The translations under genes were made by a program, and so were the position numbers. From the sequence record OM632672.1: a DNA stretch of 48,949 bases; one strand, 5' to 3'. The stretch is from Escherichia phage BEU51. Under the pieces are notes generated by a model. The model ran no database searches. It had not been told where the DNA came from and saw nothing but the letters and a program-made list of their open reading frames with translations. Positions 34,745 through 45,850 of this stretch are shown here, in pieces (position 1 is the stretch's first letter; every line of letters begins with the position of its first letter).

Positions 34745-35229
34745 TGGAAATTAAAGTTCACTTTACTAATTACATCGGAACCAAATGTGTAAATGGTTTC
34801 CCGATGAACAAGGCTGACTACTGCAAACTTCGTGGTTGGGATGTACCTGCTAATGAAGACCCGTTAGAGGAGGGTTACTTAGTAGAGTACCCCGATTCTA
34901 ACCCTAACCATGAGCAATTCCGTGGTTATATTAGTTGGTCACCTAAAGCTGCATTTGAAGAGGCATACTGTGATGTAGACAAAGGCTGCACGTTTGGTCA
35001 CGCAGTAGAGCTTATGAAATCAGGTTTTAGAATGTCCCGTAAAGGCTGGAATGGAAAAGGAATGTATATCACATTGGTATCCGGTGAAAACTGGGCTATG
35101 GATAAACATGAAAATACCATATGCATGAAACAGGATTGGCTGGGTATTAAAACCGCTGACAATGAATTTATGCCATGGGTTCCATCTCAATCAGACGTAT
35201 TAGCAGAAGATTGGGTACTAGCTCAATAA
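34744..35229 (+). CDS. DUF2829-like domain protein (family that includes Thoeris anti-defence Tad2)
   Basis: C-terminal half TFGHAVELMKSGFRMSRKGWNGKGMYI ... MPWVPSQSDVLAEDWVL matches the FG.A...K.G....RKGWNGKG core as I recall it; N-terminal ~80 aa are a separate unassigned region. Confidence 0.45.
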   Translation: MEIKVHFTNYIGTKCVNGFPMNKADYCKLRGWDVPANEDPLEEGYLVEYPDSNPNHEQFRGYISWSPKAAFEEAYCDVDKGCTFGHAVELMKSGFRMSRKGWNGKGMYITLVSGENWAMDKHENTICMKQDWLGIKTADNEFMPWVPSQSDVLAEDWVLAQ

Positions 35230-35235
35230 GAATTA

Positions 35236-35262
35236 AAGCCCCTCTAGTGAGGGGCATTTTTT
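35236..35262. terminator. bidirectional terminator at the convergence point
   Basis: AAAGCCCCTC-TAGT-GAGGGGCATTTTTT; A-tract on one side and T-tract on the other, between the plus-strand stop (35229) and the vRNAP stop (35264). Confidence 0.7.
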
Positions 35263-35263
35263 A

Positions 35264-38200
35264 TTAGTGGGTAAGGTTGAACCAAGGATTGAGGGTAGGT
35301 GCTCTTAGTCCTTGTCCGAAGCCTAATGAATAATCCAGTCTTCCTTCAGCCAGCATGGTTAACATGTTGTCCTGAATTGGTAGACCTACATTACCAAACA
35401 TGGCAGGAGCGGGTACTACTGTAGCAATCAGAGAATGTACTGGGTTGTTTCTAATCATGCTCATAGCAACTTTAATGGAACGAATCTTAAAGTTGTAGAA
35501 CCACATCAGACCCATGCTTTCCATATAACCACGGAAACGACCAGGCAATCTGTCATAGTTAACAAACTCTTCAGTTACTTGACCTAATGCTTCAGAAGAA
35601 GATTTTTTCTTACGTTTCACTAAATCATCATAGATGATGGCTTTAGCAATGAAGTCTGAATACTCTACTGTTTTCTGGATACCCTGGAACAGAGCAGTGT
35701 CCTTAGCAATAAGAGCATAACGGCCAGCATTACGTACTTTTTCTGGAAGTTTATTAGCAAGTTTTTCCATGTACTCATGAATCTTACCTTCAGCTACTAA
35801 CAGGTCATCACGACTAATACCAGCATCAGCAATAGAAGAGAACTCACCTGCTTCAATCAAAGGCCAGATGCTCATACGACGATGGCTATCAGTAATAGAT
35901 TGAATCTCGGTTTTAAGTTTACGAACCAGATTAGGATTGCCTTCAGCAGCACGTAATTCTGCTTCTGCATCAATCTGACGTAAACGAGATTTAATGTACT
36001 GATTAATCTCTGACGTCTTACGAGGAATGTTCACAGCAATATCCTTAACAGGAACACCACGTCCAATCATCTGGTAGATGTTAGCAAGGAAGTTAACTGC
36101 CGGTACTACAACAGATTTAACAACAATTACTGTCTTAGCATCCTTCACCAAATTCTGAATGGTATTTTCAGCATTCATTACTACATGATATGCCTTATTA
36201 CCAAATGCACCGAGGAACATCTTCTTAACAGTATCAAGGGTGCTAGATGACCAACGAGAGTTACCAGTCCATACATCACCAATAGATGCAGCACGATAGC
36301 CAAGTGCATCATTCAGCATATCCCTACGAACCCATAACTCATCTTTACCAAAGAGTTCTTCAGCCTTACGACGAGTCTCAATGTTCATCAGGTTAATTGC
36401 ATCAGCCAGTACTGGGTCATCAATTTTACCTAACAGGTTTACATATTGAGATTTATTAGCATTAGAGTCTTTAATGTCTTTCTCATACATAGCATGTAAT
36501 TGCTCGATGAGAATGTCATTAAAACGTTGTGCTTTAGCCTCTTCCACCTGACGACCACGCCATACACCAACCATCTTAGCAAAATGATTGTCTTGGTTTA
36601 GATGCTTCAACATATTAGGGTCAACGGATTGCTCATAAGCAACTACCTGACCTTTGCTGTTATAAATTGGCATCAGTGGTTCACGTCCACGTTCACCTTT
36701 AGCCAGAGCTTTGGTAATACGCTCTACGGTTGGTTTGTCAGTAATACGACCAGCAACCATAGTACCTAACGTAAAGCCAGTACCAATATCCACGCCACCA
36801 GCAGTATTACGAACGTTCTGAAGAATACCTTGAGAGTATGGGGCACGGGCAGCTACTGGGCTGAAGTAATAACCTTTAGAACCAGTACGGAAACCAGTGC
36901 TTCCCTGATAAGTACCAATACGAGTAAAAGATTGGCTATTTAACTTAGCAAACTCTTTATCGTCAGCAATAATCAAATTCACACCTTGCTGGTTCTCTAC
37001 AGGGATATAGCCCTTAAAGTGATTCAGCAAAGTACGGTTATCACCTTTAGCTTTACGCATCTCTTCAGTACGTTGACCCACCATATAAGCAATGGAGAAC
37101 TCCATACCTTCCACTTCTGATTGAGCCAATTCTGACAAAAGGTCGCGGTCAGACTTATTCATCAATTCCAGAGAGTACAAAGTAATGAGCTTATCAATAG
37201 CAGCTACATCTGCCACAGGACCATTAGTAATACGTTCACCTAACAAACGACTAATAGCATGGGCATTACGAAGGAGGTTATTACCTACTTCCCCTGTAAT
37301 CATGTATTGAGCCAATTGCTTAGATTTCTTCTGAACCAGATTCCAGTTTCTACCTGCTTGGTTCTGAATCTCTTTTTCCAGAGTAGAGATTTCATCTTTC
37401 ACTTTCTTAAATGAAGAGAGTAAATCTCTAATTTCAGCCATGCTCATAGTTTCACGTAGAACAGCTAAATCTGTTTTACCTAAACCAGTATGCATTGCAG
37501 ACCACTCGGTATCAGTCAGTTTACGAGAGAACTTACCAGCAATGACTGTAGGTAAATGCTCACGGAATTGTTGACGGTCTTGAGAAATCTGGCTCTTAAC
37601 CAATTTGATTAAGTCATAGACATTGGCATTAGTCTTAGTACGGCCAACAATGTCATTAACTAAGTCATGGAAAGGTTGCCATACTTTACCCTGGTTCATA
37701 GCAGTCATAATACCCTGAGCCACTATTTCACCTTGTTTTTCAGATGCAATAGCAGCAGTCAGTTTAGCCAGATGAGCAACACCTTTAGCAGCTACATTAG
37801 AAGGGTTAGCAATTACCTTATCTGCCTTTTCAATAACAGTTTCAGATAACCGTTCAATGCTATCCGTTACGTACTGATTAGCACGGTCAATGAAATTACC
37901 GGTAGGGGTTGCTACAGCATCATAGAAAGACTCTCGTTTCAGAGCAGCAGCCATGATTGTTTCTGACAGAGCATCAATACTGTCCTGAACATTAGTAGCT
38001 TTCTGGTCACCAGCCATACGACGGTTCAGAGATTCCATTACCTGAGTGCCTGCATTGGTAAGCAGAGTATCTACATCATTACCTAATTTCTTATCTGCTT
38101 TAGGTACAGGCATTTCTTTAATGATTGAACGTAGTTCTTCATTAACCATAGCCAGACCCAGGAATGTAGGTAACAGACTGGTTCTGCCTTTGGCATCTAC

Positions 38201-41200
38201 TTCAACCAGATTAGCACCAGAGATAGTGTCATATTTCTGTTGAGCGTAGTAACGGTCAGCAGGGTTAGTACTATCAGGGTCAGCCATGAAATGTTCTACC
38301 GTAAGGTGTTTCATTACATGGGTATAAAGTTCCTGAGCACGAGCCATAGCGTGTGGGTCAATTGCAGCTTCAGTTGCTAATGCAGCAGTAACCATCTGGA
38401 ATACAGATTGTTCCTGAGCAGTCATATTGAAGCCACGAGACTGAACATCACGAACCAGTCGAGTAGCACTCATTAATGCATTAGCCACATTGCCACGACG
38501 TTCTACTTCTGTAACTGGGTCAGTACGAAGGTAATCAGTTACCAGTTTATCGAAGGTCTGATTCAACTGAGACAGACGTTCATTGTTGCCATATGCTTTG
38601 CTATGGAACAGTGTGCCATCTTTAGCTACTGCCTGAGTTGTAGGTTGGCTACGCATCAGAATTGCAGAGTTAAACAGCAGATTAGAGAACATATCTTCTC
38701 CCAATGCAGGAGCTTGTTTACGTCCCCAAATCAATTTCTTAATGGCCTGATAAACATCTTTCACCATTTGAACCAGTGAAGATGTTCTCTTCTGTTTAGC
38801 AGCAAGAGCACGGTTAGCTAACCCCCAAGCCATAAACTCATTAAGAGCAGCAGCTTTAGAGATAGCTGGGTCAACAAAGCCATTACTCAAATGACCTTCA
38901 ATAGTTGCAATAGCATCAGCATATGCTTCTCTCATTTCTGGAGAATCTTTGGAAATATCCAGAGAACGGAACTGTTCCATCAGACCTTCAAGGTTCTCAA
39001 TAGCCTGCTTAGAAGTAGGGCTTACTTCATTACCCTGATAGAAGGAATAAACTTCCTCAAAGGTAGAAGCATGAACCAGTTCATGAATGAGGGTTTCCAT
39101 AGATGGGCTAACCAGATAAATGGTCTTATCATCGAAGTTAGTCCAGCCATAAATATTGCCTGCCTGAGCTTCTTCCATTTCCTGAGAAGTCAATTCAGTA
39201 ACATTCTTCTGACGAGCATACTCTGCAACCTGAGTAGGTGTACCGTAGATAATCTTATAGTCTTTAGCTGCCAGTGATTTCTGAATCTCAGCAAGAGTAG
39301 CTGCCTGAGTAGATGGCAGATTACTAATCTTAGCCAGATTACGAATAGCAGTAGCAGACAGGATACGAACACCGGATGCCTTATGCTCACGGCCTACCAT
39401 ACCAAAGTCTGGATTCACTGGTTCTTTTTCAGAAACAGTTTCTTCTTTGACTTCAGCCTTAGCCTTAGCGACTTTTTGTTTACGGGCTTCTAACTCTTCA
39501 CGGAAAAGTTTATTCAGTTCATCAGCCTGTTGTTCAGGAGTCATATTGCTGAGGTCAATCTTACCGTTGTTCTGATAAGGAGCACCTACAGCAGCCATCT
39601 GGTCAATGGACAGATTTACCTTATCCAGTACCTTATGGCGAATATCTACACCCAGTGCAATATTACGTAAGTTACGTTCAATCAGAGATGCAGCATTAGC
39701 AATATCATCTACAGTAGCATTCTCACGTTGGTCATATTCCAGAGCAGATTTACCAATTGCTTCCAATGCTTCAGGGGACAACTTGCTGAAATCTACATTT
39801 TTCATGAACTTAGCATATGATTCGTAAACATTCTTAATAGGGTTACCCTGCCAAGAAGTGTAAACAGCTTCATTAGCCTTACGACTAGCATCAGTGATGT
39901 CATTCAAACCAATGTTCATACCATCAAAGATTTTGAGGGTATTCTTTGGTGCACCTTTCATAGTGGAAAGAGTTTGCATCATCATGCCGTCACCAGTACC
40001 AATAGTCATAAATGGAATACCTGCTACACCAGCCTGTGCTGGGGCATAGATACTCATTGGTACACGCATACGGTCATCAAGGTTAGTAGCTAATACCTGA
40101 TTTGCTACTTCTGCATTTTCTGAGCCAGCAATGTAGAAAGTCTGAGAACCAGTCTCAATCATAGGAGCTAAGTTATTCAGAGAAGCCTGAATATCATTCA
40201 GTTCTTTCTGAGTAAGGAAATCGCCTTTCTTCCATGTCGGGTCTTTAGCCTTCTCTGTCAGTTTCTCCTGTACTCGCTGTTTGAACATATCTTCCAGCAC
40301 TACAGATTGAATCTGAGTAGCTTTCTGTAATTGTTCAGTGGAGTACACCAGACTTTCACCCACAGTCTGAGTAATACCATTACGTAGTGGTTCTACAAAG
40401 AAGTGCAGCATATTTTCCTGAAGTGCCTTCAGTTGCTCACCCTTAATGGTATAGGTCTTAGGATTGATTTTCCCTTTGGCTCCTGCACCTGTGGATTGTA
40501 GTTCCAGTACACCTTTACGTTTAACAGGAACGGTAGAAGTCAGTGTTTCCATATCTTTCAGGAAACGAGCAAGAAGTTCTTCAGCATGTGCTTCTGAAGC
40601 AGCTTGCTTACCAAACATTGCCATAGCAGCAGAAATATTTGGGTCTTTAGCACGAGCTTTCAGCACATCGGACATACGCTCATAGATGGCATCAGTAACA
40701 GAACTAACCAGCTTACCTGCAATACCACGAGCACCAGAACCATAGATGGTAATAGTCAGTGGGTTCTTAGCAATACCACGTTTAAGTTCTAAAGCACCAT
40801 TCTCACCGAGATTAATATCCGGTAAGAACAAATCCATCAGAGAAAGAAGACTGTCTATCTGGGACTGAATAGGCATATTAGAAGCGTAGTTACTACGTAA
40901 CTTACCCAACGATTCCATCAAAGCATTAGTGGATGCTTGATATAAATCATTATTGTCAGCAGTAGAACGATGCTCATTCATGGTCTTATTTGGAGAACCA
41001 ATGAACAAGCCACCTTTGGCAATGTTACGAATCCAGTCAGGGGTAAACAGGCCACCTGTCATTAGCATCATGGCATTGATTGGACCATTAGTAACACCAT
41101 CTGCTTCTACATACAGTGGGGTTACAAATGCAGATTTATCCTCTGCTACTAAGTAACGGGAATACTCCATAAGAGCCATCAATGCTACGAATGACTTCCT

Positions 41201-44200
41201 ATCCCCTAATGCTGTATTCAGAACACCAACTGCATTTTCTGGTAAGGAACCAGTGGTATTAAACTCAACCATCATATCAATGGCTGGTTTCAGATTACCT
41301 TCCAGTAATTTAGTCAACTCGTCAGACATAACCTCACGAGTCATAGTATGGACTTTAATGTCCAATGCCTGAGCCAGACCTAACTGGAATGCAGAGAAGT
41401 CTTCATTGTTCTGGTTCGATAAATCCAAAGTAGCTTTAGTAGGTAGGATAGCCTCACGAACCAGTTTGGCTGATTGAGGATTGTATTTACCTAACATCTG
41501 CATACGACCAACACGGGTCATATTATATGCATAGTGAATAGGCACAGTAGAGATGTCTTCACTCTGTGCTCTTACCTGCTCAATGACGGAAAACAGTTGG
41601 TTGTAAGAGTCCTCTACTGAACGGTTCTTACCTTCCAGAGATTTAGCATGATTATCATTAAGTAACTCTTTATTCAGAGTACCAGCACCCATCAGTTCGA
41701 GAATACGGTCTTTACCTAACGTCTCGTAGAATTGAACCATTGGAGTGTGTACATAGAACTCTGTAGCCTGCTCTGCTTTCAATGCAGCCTTCTGTTCTGG
41801 AGTATTACGAACAGCAGGATTACGAAGCTGAGTATTAGCTACAGGAGGAATATCATCACCAAAGAACATCTTCTCTGTAGGATTCACTAAAACAGCTTCT
41901 TCAATAGCAGTAGGGAAGCTATTAATTGGGTCGAAGGAATCCAGTTCAGTAATGGTGTACAGACCAATAGTCTTCTTATTATCTGGGTCAATTTCTGACA
42001 TATCCACGATGTTCTCTACAACATCAGTAGACTCTACAAATGCAGCCAGAATTTCCGCAGCCATTGCTGTAGGGATACCTTTGGTATAGCCCAATGGAGC
42101 ATTTGGATTACGAGATAATCCCCAGTAAGACTCAATTTTCTGAGCCAGGGAACTAACTGCTTCAGTGAGTGTCATACCAGTATCAAATTGCTCTACTAAA
42201 CCTTCTGGCAGCAGAGCTTGGTCAATACCAGTAATAGCAGCAACATCTTTTGCATCTTTGATAGCAGTATTGCTGGTAGCAGTAAGTCTCCACTGAAGAC
42301 CTGCTAATACAGCAGTCTGTAGCAATTGCTCATTGTACTTAAAGGTATCCCCATCCTGTTCAACGATGTTAAGTAACTTACCGCCTACCCAACGGTTGGC
42401 TTCTGTACCCTGAGCAAAACGTTTACCAACATCCTTAGTGTTAAGGAACTTAGCCAGACGGGAACGAAGAATATCAGCAATACCTTCCCCATGTTCCATG
42501 AGTTCTTTGTATCGCTTAATAACTTCCCCATTAAAAGCAGGATTAGCAACTTCTTTCTCAGTAAAGAGTTCATAACGAGCACGGGAAGACAGAGCTTGAG
42601 CTACATCTTTTAGAGGTGCTTCTGAACCAACAGTACGGGATTTCTGTTCTTCCGGTAAGGTAAAGGACAATTTGAAATAGTTCTTAATACCCTCTGCTTT
42701 AGAATCAGCAGTACCTACCAATGAGGGGTAAACAGCATCGATACCTTCTCTTAATTCTTCTGTAACTGTGCTTTCTTTTGCAGAAGTTTCAGTTTCTTTA
42801 ACAGATTCAGTAGGTTGCTTGATGGTGTCCTCATTAGTAAGGTTAACATCCTGTTTTTCAGACTGGTTCACAGGTTCTTTTATAGCCTGTGGGCTAGACT
42901 CTTTAGTAGTAGGTTCTGTTTTAACAGATTCACTAACAGGAGTCTTAGTCTGTACAGTAGATGTAACTGGTTCCTGTTTTGTAACAGGAGTTTCTTTAAC
43001 CTGATTCACGGAGTCAGCTTTCGGTTGAGAAGAAGCAACGTCTCGATTGCCTTGACGGAATGCCTTGACCACCTCAGCAGCAGGAGCGTTAAGACGTGAA
43101 TCCAATGGAGTAACTTTTATATGACTGACCTTCAGTTCCGGGTAAGCCGAAGCGAGGGCATTAGCAATATCCGCTACCGTTTTCGCTTCAAGAGCAACTT
43201 GCTGGGCAAATTTAACCGACTTAGTGTCATAGGGATTGACCCCCAATCCGGTACGGCTACGAACCCATTCTCTGTCAGCAGTAAGAGCTTGGTAGTGGAC
43301 AGACTTATTCTTATCCGCATCCCCCGTAACAAGATGCTCATTCAACGCTCCAACCTTATTCTGCATGTGCTGGGCGAACTGCATAAAGTCGTTCAGGTAA
43401 GCGGAGGCCAACTCGAAATTACCAGAGTTATACGCAGACCGAATCCTATTCGCATGTTGCAACGCAGAGTATTGTCCTTCCTGAGTTCTGCTCTCATCCG
43501 TTTTAATCTGTTTACTCACAATGTCTTGAGGACGTAATCCAAGACGGGCAGCTTCTGCATCATATTCCCGTGCCCCCTTCAGGATTGCAGCAGCATTCTG
43601 AAGGGCAGCAATTTGGCGATTATTCAGTTTAATACGACCATCAGCAGCATGTTTAAGAACAACATTTACAGATTCTGGATTGAGCTTTTCAGGAGCTACT
43701 TCAGCAGCTAATGCTACGTTCTGCATTTCCTGTGGACTGGATTCTTCAGTCACATCCAAAGAACCATTCTGGGCAGATTCATTAATCATTCGATTAATAA
43801 CATTCAGTGCACCAATTACTTTTGGTGTGTTCTGAATATTAGCTGTCAGATTTGTATAACGATTGAGTAACTCAATAGCCGGAGAATCTTTAGGAATGCT
43901 ATCCAGTGCAGCAGGGTCACGGTTAATGAATTGCTCAAACTCTGAAACAGCATCATACATATAAGATGCAGCTTCCATCAGTGCTTGAGGATTAGATTCA
44001 TCTAATGTGTTAACTAGGTCTGCTAACTTTTGAATAACCTGTACTTGGTCAGTAGAACCAGCTACAGCATTACGAATATGCTCTGGTGCTTCCTGATAAT
44101 TTTCAGGATTAAAACGAGTAGCATTCATTAAGTCAGAAACATACTGGTGTGCTGCAACTTTCTGTTCCGGAGTAGCATCAGTTGCTTCAACAGCATCACG

Positions 44201-45766
44201 AATAGTAACTTCTGCTTCTGGTGCTTGAGCCATAGCTTCTTGTGCTGCCTGTGCAACATAGTCATCAGCAACAGGAGATGCTTCTTCATTCTGCTTCATA
44301 ACCCGCTCACCACGAGCTACCAAAGTGTTCTTAATAGGGGAAACAACCTTACCTGCTACACTACCAGCAGCTTTAACACCAGCCATTGTGGTACGCAATA
44401 CAGGAGCAGTTGCAGCACCTGCTAAACGAGCAGCACCAGCCGGAGCCTGTACAACACCAGCAGAACCAAAGCCATAAAGAGCACCTAAACCAGCTTGTGT
44501 ACCGACACCTTTAAGCAAGTCTTGGTTCTTATCAATGTTTTGTTGCTGTGCAATATTCTGAGCCAGTTGGCCTGTAGCACCCTGAACACCTTCTTCCACT
44601 GTTTCACGGGCAAGGTTCATACCTACAGCACCTAAAGAACCAGCACGGAAAGGAGCCATCTCAAAACGAGATACCAGAGGACCAGTTGCAGCAGCAATAG
44701 GTAATTGAATAGCAGCAGCAGTAAGACCAGTTTCAGATGCAGTCTGACGACGAGCCTGTTCTGGAGACATACCATCTTTAATATGTTGCTGATAAACAGG
44801 AGACTTCTCTAAGTCTTTAAGACTCATCTTCATAATTTCATCAGCAGTTTGTTGGTATGCACCACCAGCTTCCATTACACCAACACCAACCATACCTGGT
44901 GCAGCTCTGCCTACAGTAGAAGCAATACGAGCCAGGGACTGAGTACCAGTACCTGCATCAATAGCACCAGCCAATGCAGCACTACGAAGAGTATTTGCTG
45001 GAACAACTGCTTTACCCAGTAAAGATGCACCCTTTAATACAGGACCAGCACCTAATAGAGAACCTACCCCTTCTGCTAACCCATCAGAAATAATAGAGTC
45101 AGTTTGAGCAGCATTCTCAATTGAACCTACAAAATCACGTCCAAATTTAGATAAGGAAGCTACTATGTCATTAGTGCCTTCTTTCTTATCTGTTTGATAC
45201 TGACGTTCACTCTCTACCTCACTCATTAAGTTACGAGCAGCGAAGAGCTTACGTTTATCTTGTAATGCTTGGCTTTGGGTAGCATGGACAGCATCATTAA
45301 ACTTACTCAATTGTTGAGCAACAACAGCACCTGCGTCATCGTTGAGTAAGCCTGCCCCAAGAGCACCAATGCCCCCAAGGGTATTAACAAAACCAAGACC
45401 AACACCAGTAGCAATATCCCCCAGTTCTTCCCCAGGAGTTCTTGTAGTAACTGAATCATTGAATACCTGGTTCCCTGCATCAGCACGAGCGTTGATAAGT
45501 TGTAAGCCTTGCTCAACCCCATACTTATTCATGATTTGCATTGGAGTCAGATTCATGAAATCTGATTGCACTGTCCCTGGTTCAAATGCATTAGCCCCAA
45601 CATTACCAGTACGGGCAGCTTGCATTTGATAAGCAGCATCAGGAGAAACAAGAGGAGTAGTGACACCTTGTTCAGCTTTCTTCTGGGCGGTTGCAGTAGA
45701 GACGTCAACTTGCTTTGCATTGGTTACGCTGTCTGCGAACCCAGCCAGTCTATCAAATACTGACAT
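35264..45766 (-). CDS. virion-encapsidated RNA polymerase (N4 vRNAP-like giant protein)
   Basis: With ATG at 45766 (AGGAAA RBS, 6-nt spacer) the ORF is 3500 aa; central region carries T7-like motifs: motif A-like YVEADGVTNGPINAMM, motif B RGIAKNPLTITIYG (R-x3-K-x7-YG) and a motif C-like KIFDGMN. Confidence 0.9.
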   Translation of the reverse strand: MSVFDRLAGFADSVTNAKQVDVSTATAQKKAEQGVTTPLVSPDAAYQMQAARTGNVGANAFEPGTVQSDFMNLTPMQIMNKYGVEQGLQLINARADAGNQVFNDSVTTRTPGEELGDIATGVGLGFVNTLGGIGALGAGLLNDDAGAVVAQQLSKFNDAVHATQSQALQDKRKLFAARNLMSEVESERQYQTDKKEGTNDIVASLSKFGRDFVGSIENAAQTDSIISDGLAEGVGSLLGAGPVLKGASLLGKAVVPANTLRSAALAGAIDAGTGTQSLARIASTVGRAAPGMVGVGVMEAGGAYQQTADEIMKMSLKDLEKSPVYQQHIKDGMSPEQARRQTASETGLTAAAIQLPIAAATGPLVSRFEMAPFRAGSLGAVGMNLARETVEEGVQGATGQLAQNIAQQQNIDKNQDLLKGVGTQAGLGALYGFGSAGVVQAPAGAARLAGAATAPVLRTTMAGVKAAGSVAGKVVSPIKNTLVARGERVMKQNEEASPVADDYVAQAAQEAMAQAPEAEVTIRDAVEATDATPEQKVAAHQYVSDLMNATRFNPENYQEAPEHIRNAVAGSTDQVQVIQKLADLVNTLDESNPQALMEAASYMYDAVSEFEQFINRDPAALDSIPKDSPAIELLNRYTNLTANIQNTPKVIGALNVINRMINESAQNGSLDVTEESSPQEMQNVALAAEVAPEKLNPESVNVVLKHAADGRIKLNNRQIAALQNAAAILKGAREYDAEAARLGLRPQDIVSKQIKTDESRTQEGQYSALQHANRIRSAYNSGNFELASAYLNDFMQFAQHMQNKVGALNEHLVTGDADKNKSVHYQALTADREWVRSRTGLGVNPYDTKSVKFAQQVALEAKTVADIANALASAYPELKVSHIKVTPLDSRLNAPAAEVVKAFRQGNRDVASSQPKADSVNQVKETPVTKQEPVTSTVQTKTPVSESVKTEPTTKESSPQAIKEPVNQSEKQDVNLTNEDTIKQPTESVKETETSAKESTVTEELREGIDAVYPSLVGTADSKAEGIKNYFKLSFTLPEEQKSRTVGSEAPLKDVAQALSSRARYELFTEKEVANPAFNGEVIKRYKELMEHGEGIADILRSRLAKFLNTKDVGKRFAQGTEANRWVGGKLLNIVEQDGDTFKYNEQLLQTAVLAGLQWRLTATSNTAIKDAKDVAAITGIDQALLPEGLVEQFDTGMTLTEAVSSLAQKIESYWGLSRNPNAPLGYTKGIPTAMAAEILAAFVESTDVVENIVDMSEIDPDNKKTIGLYTITELDSFDPINSFPTAIEEAVLVNPTEKMFFGDDIPPVANTQLRNPAVRNTPEQKAALKAEQATEFYVHTPMVQFYETLGKDRILELMGAGTLNKELLNDNHAKSLEGKNRSVEDSYNQLFSVIEQVRAQSEDISTVPIHYAYNMTRVGRMQMLGKYNPQSAKLVREAILPTKATLDLSNQNNEDFSAFQLGLAQALDIKVHTMTREVMSDELTKLLEGNLKPAIDMMVEFNTTGSLPENAVGVLNTALGDRKSFVALMALMEYSRYLVAEDKSAFVTPLYVEADGVTNGPINAMMLMTGGLFTPDWIRNIAKGGLFIGSPNKTMNEHRSTADNNDLYQASTNALMESLGKLRSNYASNMPIQSQIDSLLSLMDLFLPDINLGENGALELKRGIAKNPLTITIYGSGARGIAGKLVSSVTDAIYERMSDVLKARAKDPNISAAMAMFGKQAASEAHAEELLARFLKDMETLTSTVPVKRKGVLELQSTGAGAKGKINPKTYTIKGEQLKALQENMLHFFVEPLRNGITQTVGESLVYSTEQLQKATQIQSVVLEDMFKQRVQEKLTEKAKDPTWKKGDFLTQKELNDIQASLNNLAPMIETGSQTFYIAGSENAEVANQVLATNLDDRMRVPMSIYAPAQAGVAGIPFMTIGTGDGMMMQTLSTMKGAPKNTLKIFDGMNIGLNDITDASRKANEAVYTSWQGNPIKNVYESYAKFMKNVDFSKLSPEALEAIGKSALEYDQRENATVDDIANAASLIERNLRNIALGVDIRHKVLDKVNLSIDQMAAVGAPYQNNGKIDLSNMTPEQQADELNKLFREELEARKQKVAKAKAEVKEETVSEKEPVNPDFGMVGREHKASGVRILSATAIRNLAKISNLPSTQAATLAEIQKSLAAKDYKIIYGTPTQVAEYARQKNVTELTSQEMEEAQAGNIYGWTNFDDKTIYLVSPSMETLIHELVHASTFEEVYSFYQGNEVSPTSKQAIENLEGLMEQFRSLDISKDSPEMREAYADAIATIEGHLSNGFVDPAISKAAALNEFMAWGLANRALAAKQKRTSSLVQMVKDVYQAIKKLIWGRKQAPALGEDMFSNLLFNSAILMRSQPTTQAVAKDGTLFHSKAYGNNERLSQLNQTFDKLVTDYLRTDPVTEVERRGNVANALMSATRLVRDVQSRGFNMTAQEQSVFQMVTAALATEAAIDPHAMARAQELYTHVMKHLTVEHFMADPDSTNPADRYYAQQKYDTISGANLVEVDAKGRTSLLPTFLGLAMVNEELRSIIKEMPVPKADKKLGNDVDTLLTNAGTQVMESLNRRMAGDQKATNVQDSIDALSETIMAAALKRESFYDAVATPTGNFIDRANQYVTDSIERLSETVIEKADKVIANPSNVAAKGVAHLAKLTAAIASEKQGEIVAQGIMTAMNQGKVWQPFHDLVNDIVGRTKTNANVYDLIKLVKSQISQDRQQFREHLPTVIAGKFSRKLTDTEWSAMHTGLGKTDLAVLRETMSMAEIRDLLSSFKKVKDEISTLEKEIQNQAGRNWNLVQKKSKQLAQYMITGEVGNNLLRNAHAISRLLGERITNGPVADVAAIDKLITLYSLELMNKSDRDLLSELAQSEVEGMEFSIAYMVGQRTEEMRKAKGDNRTLLNHFKGYIPVENQQGVNLIIADDKEFAKLNSQSFTRIGTYQGSTGFRTGSKGYYFSPVAARAPYSQGILQNVRNTAGGVDIGTGFTLGTMVAGRITDKPTVERITKALAKGERGREPLMPIYNSKGQVVAYEQSVDPNMLKHLNQDNHFAKMVGVWRGRQVEEAKAQRFNDILIEQLHAMYEKDIKDSNANKSQYVNLLGKIDDPVLADAINLMNIETRRKAEELFGKDELWVRRDMLNDALGYRAASIGDVWTGNSRWSSSTLDTVKKMFLGAFGNKAYHVVMNAENTIQNLVKDAKTVIVVKSVVVPAVNFLANIYQMIGRGVPVKDIAVNIPRKTSEINQYIKSRLRQIDAEAELRAAEGNPNLVRKLKTEIQSITDSHRRMSIWPLIEAGEFSSIADAGISRDDLLVAEGKIHEYMEKLANKLPEKVRNAGRYALIAKDTALFQGIQKTVEYSDFIAKAIIYDDLVKRKKKSSSEALGQVTEEFVNYDRLPGRFRGYMESMGLMWFYNFKIRSIKVAMSMIRNNPVHSLIATVVPAPAMFGNVGLPIQDNMLTMLAEGRLDYSLGFGQGLRAPTLNPWFNLTH

Positions 45767-45829
45767 AGTAGGTTTCCTATACAAACTTATATCTATTAGA
45801 AATCACACTATACCTAGTGTAAGGACGAG

Positions 45830-45850
45830 AAAAAAGCCCCGAAGGGCTTT
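45830..45850 (-). terminator. rho-independent terminator between the late 644-aa gene and vRNAP
   Basis: On the minus strand AAGCCC-TTCG-GGGCTT followed by TTTTTT. Confidence 0.65.
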
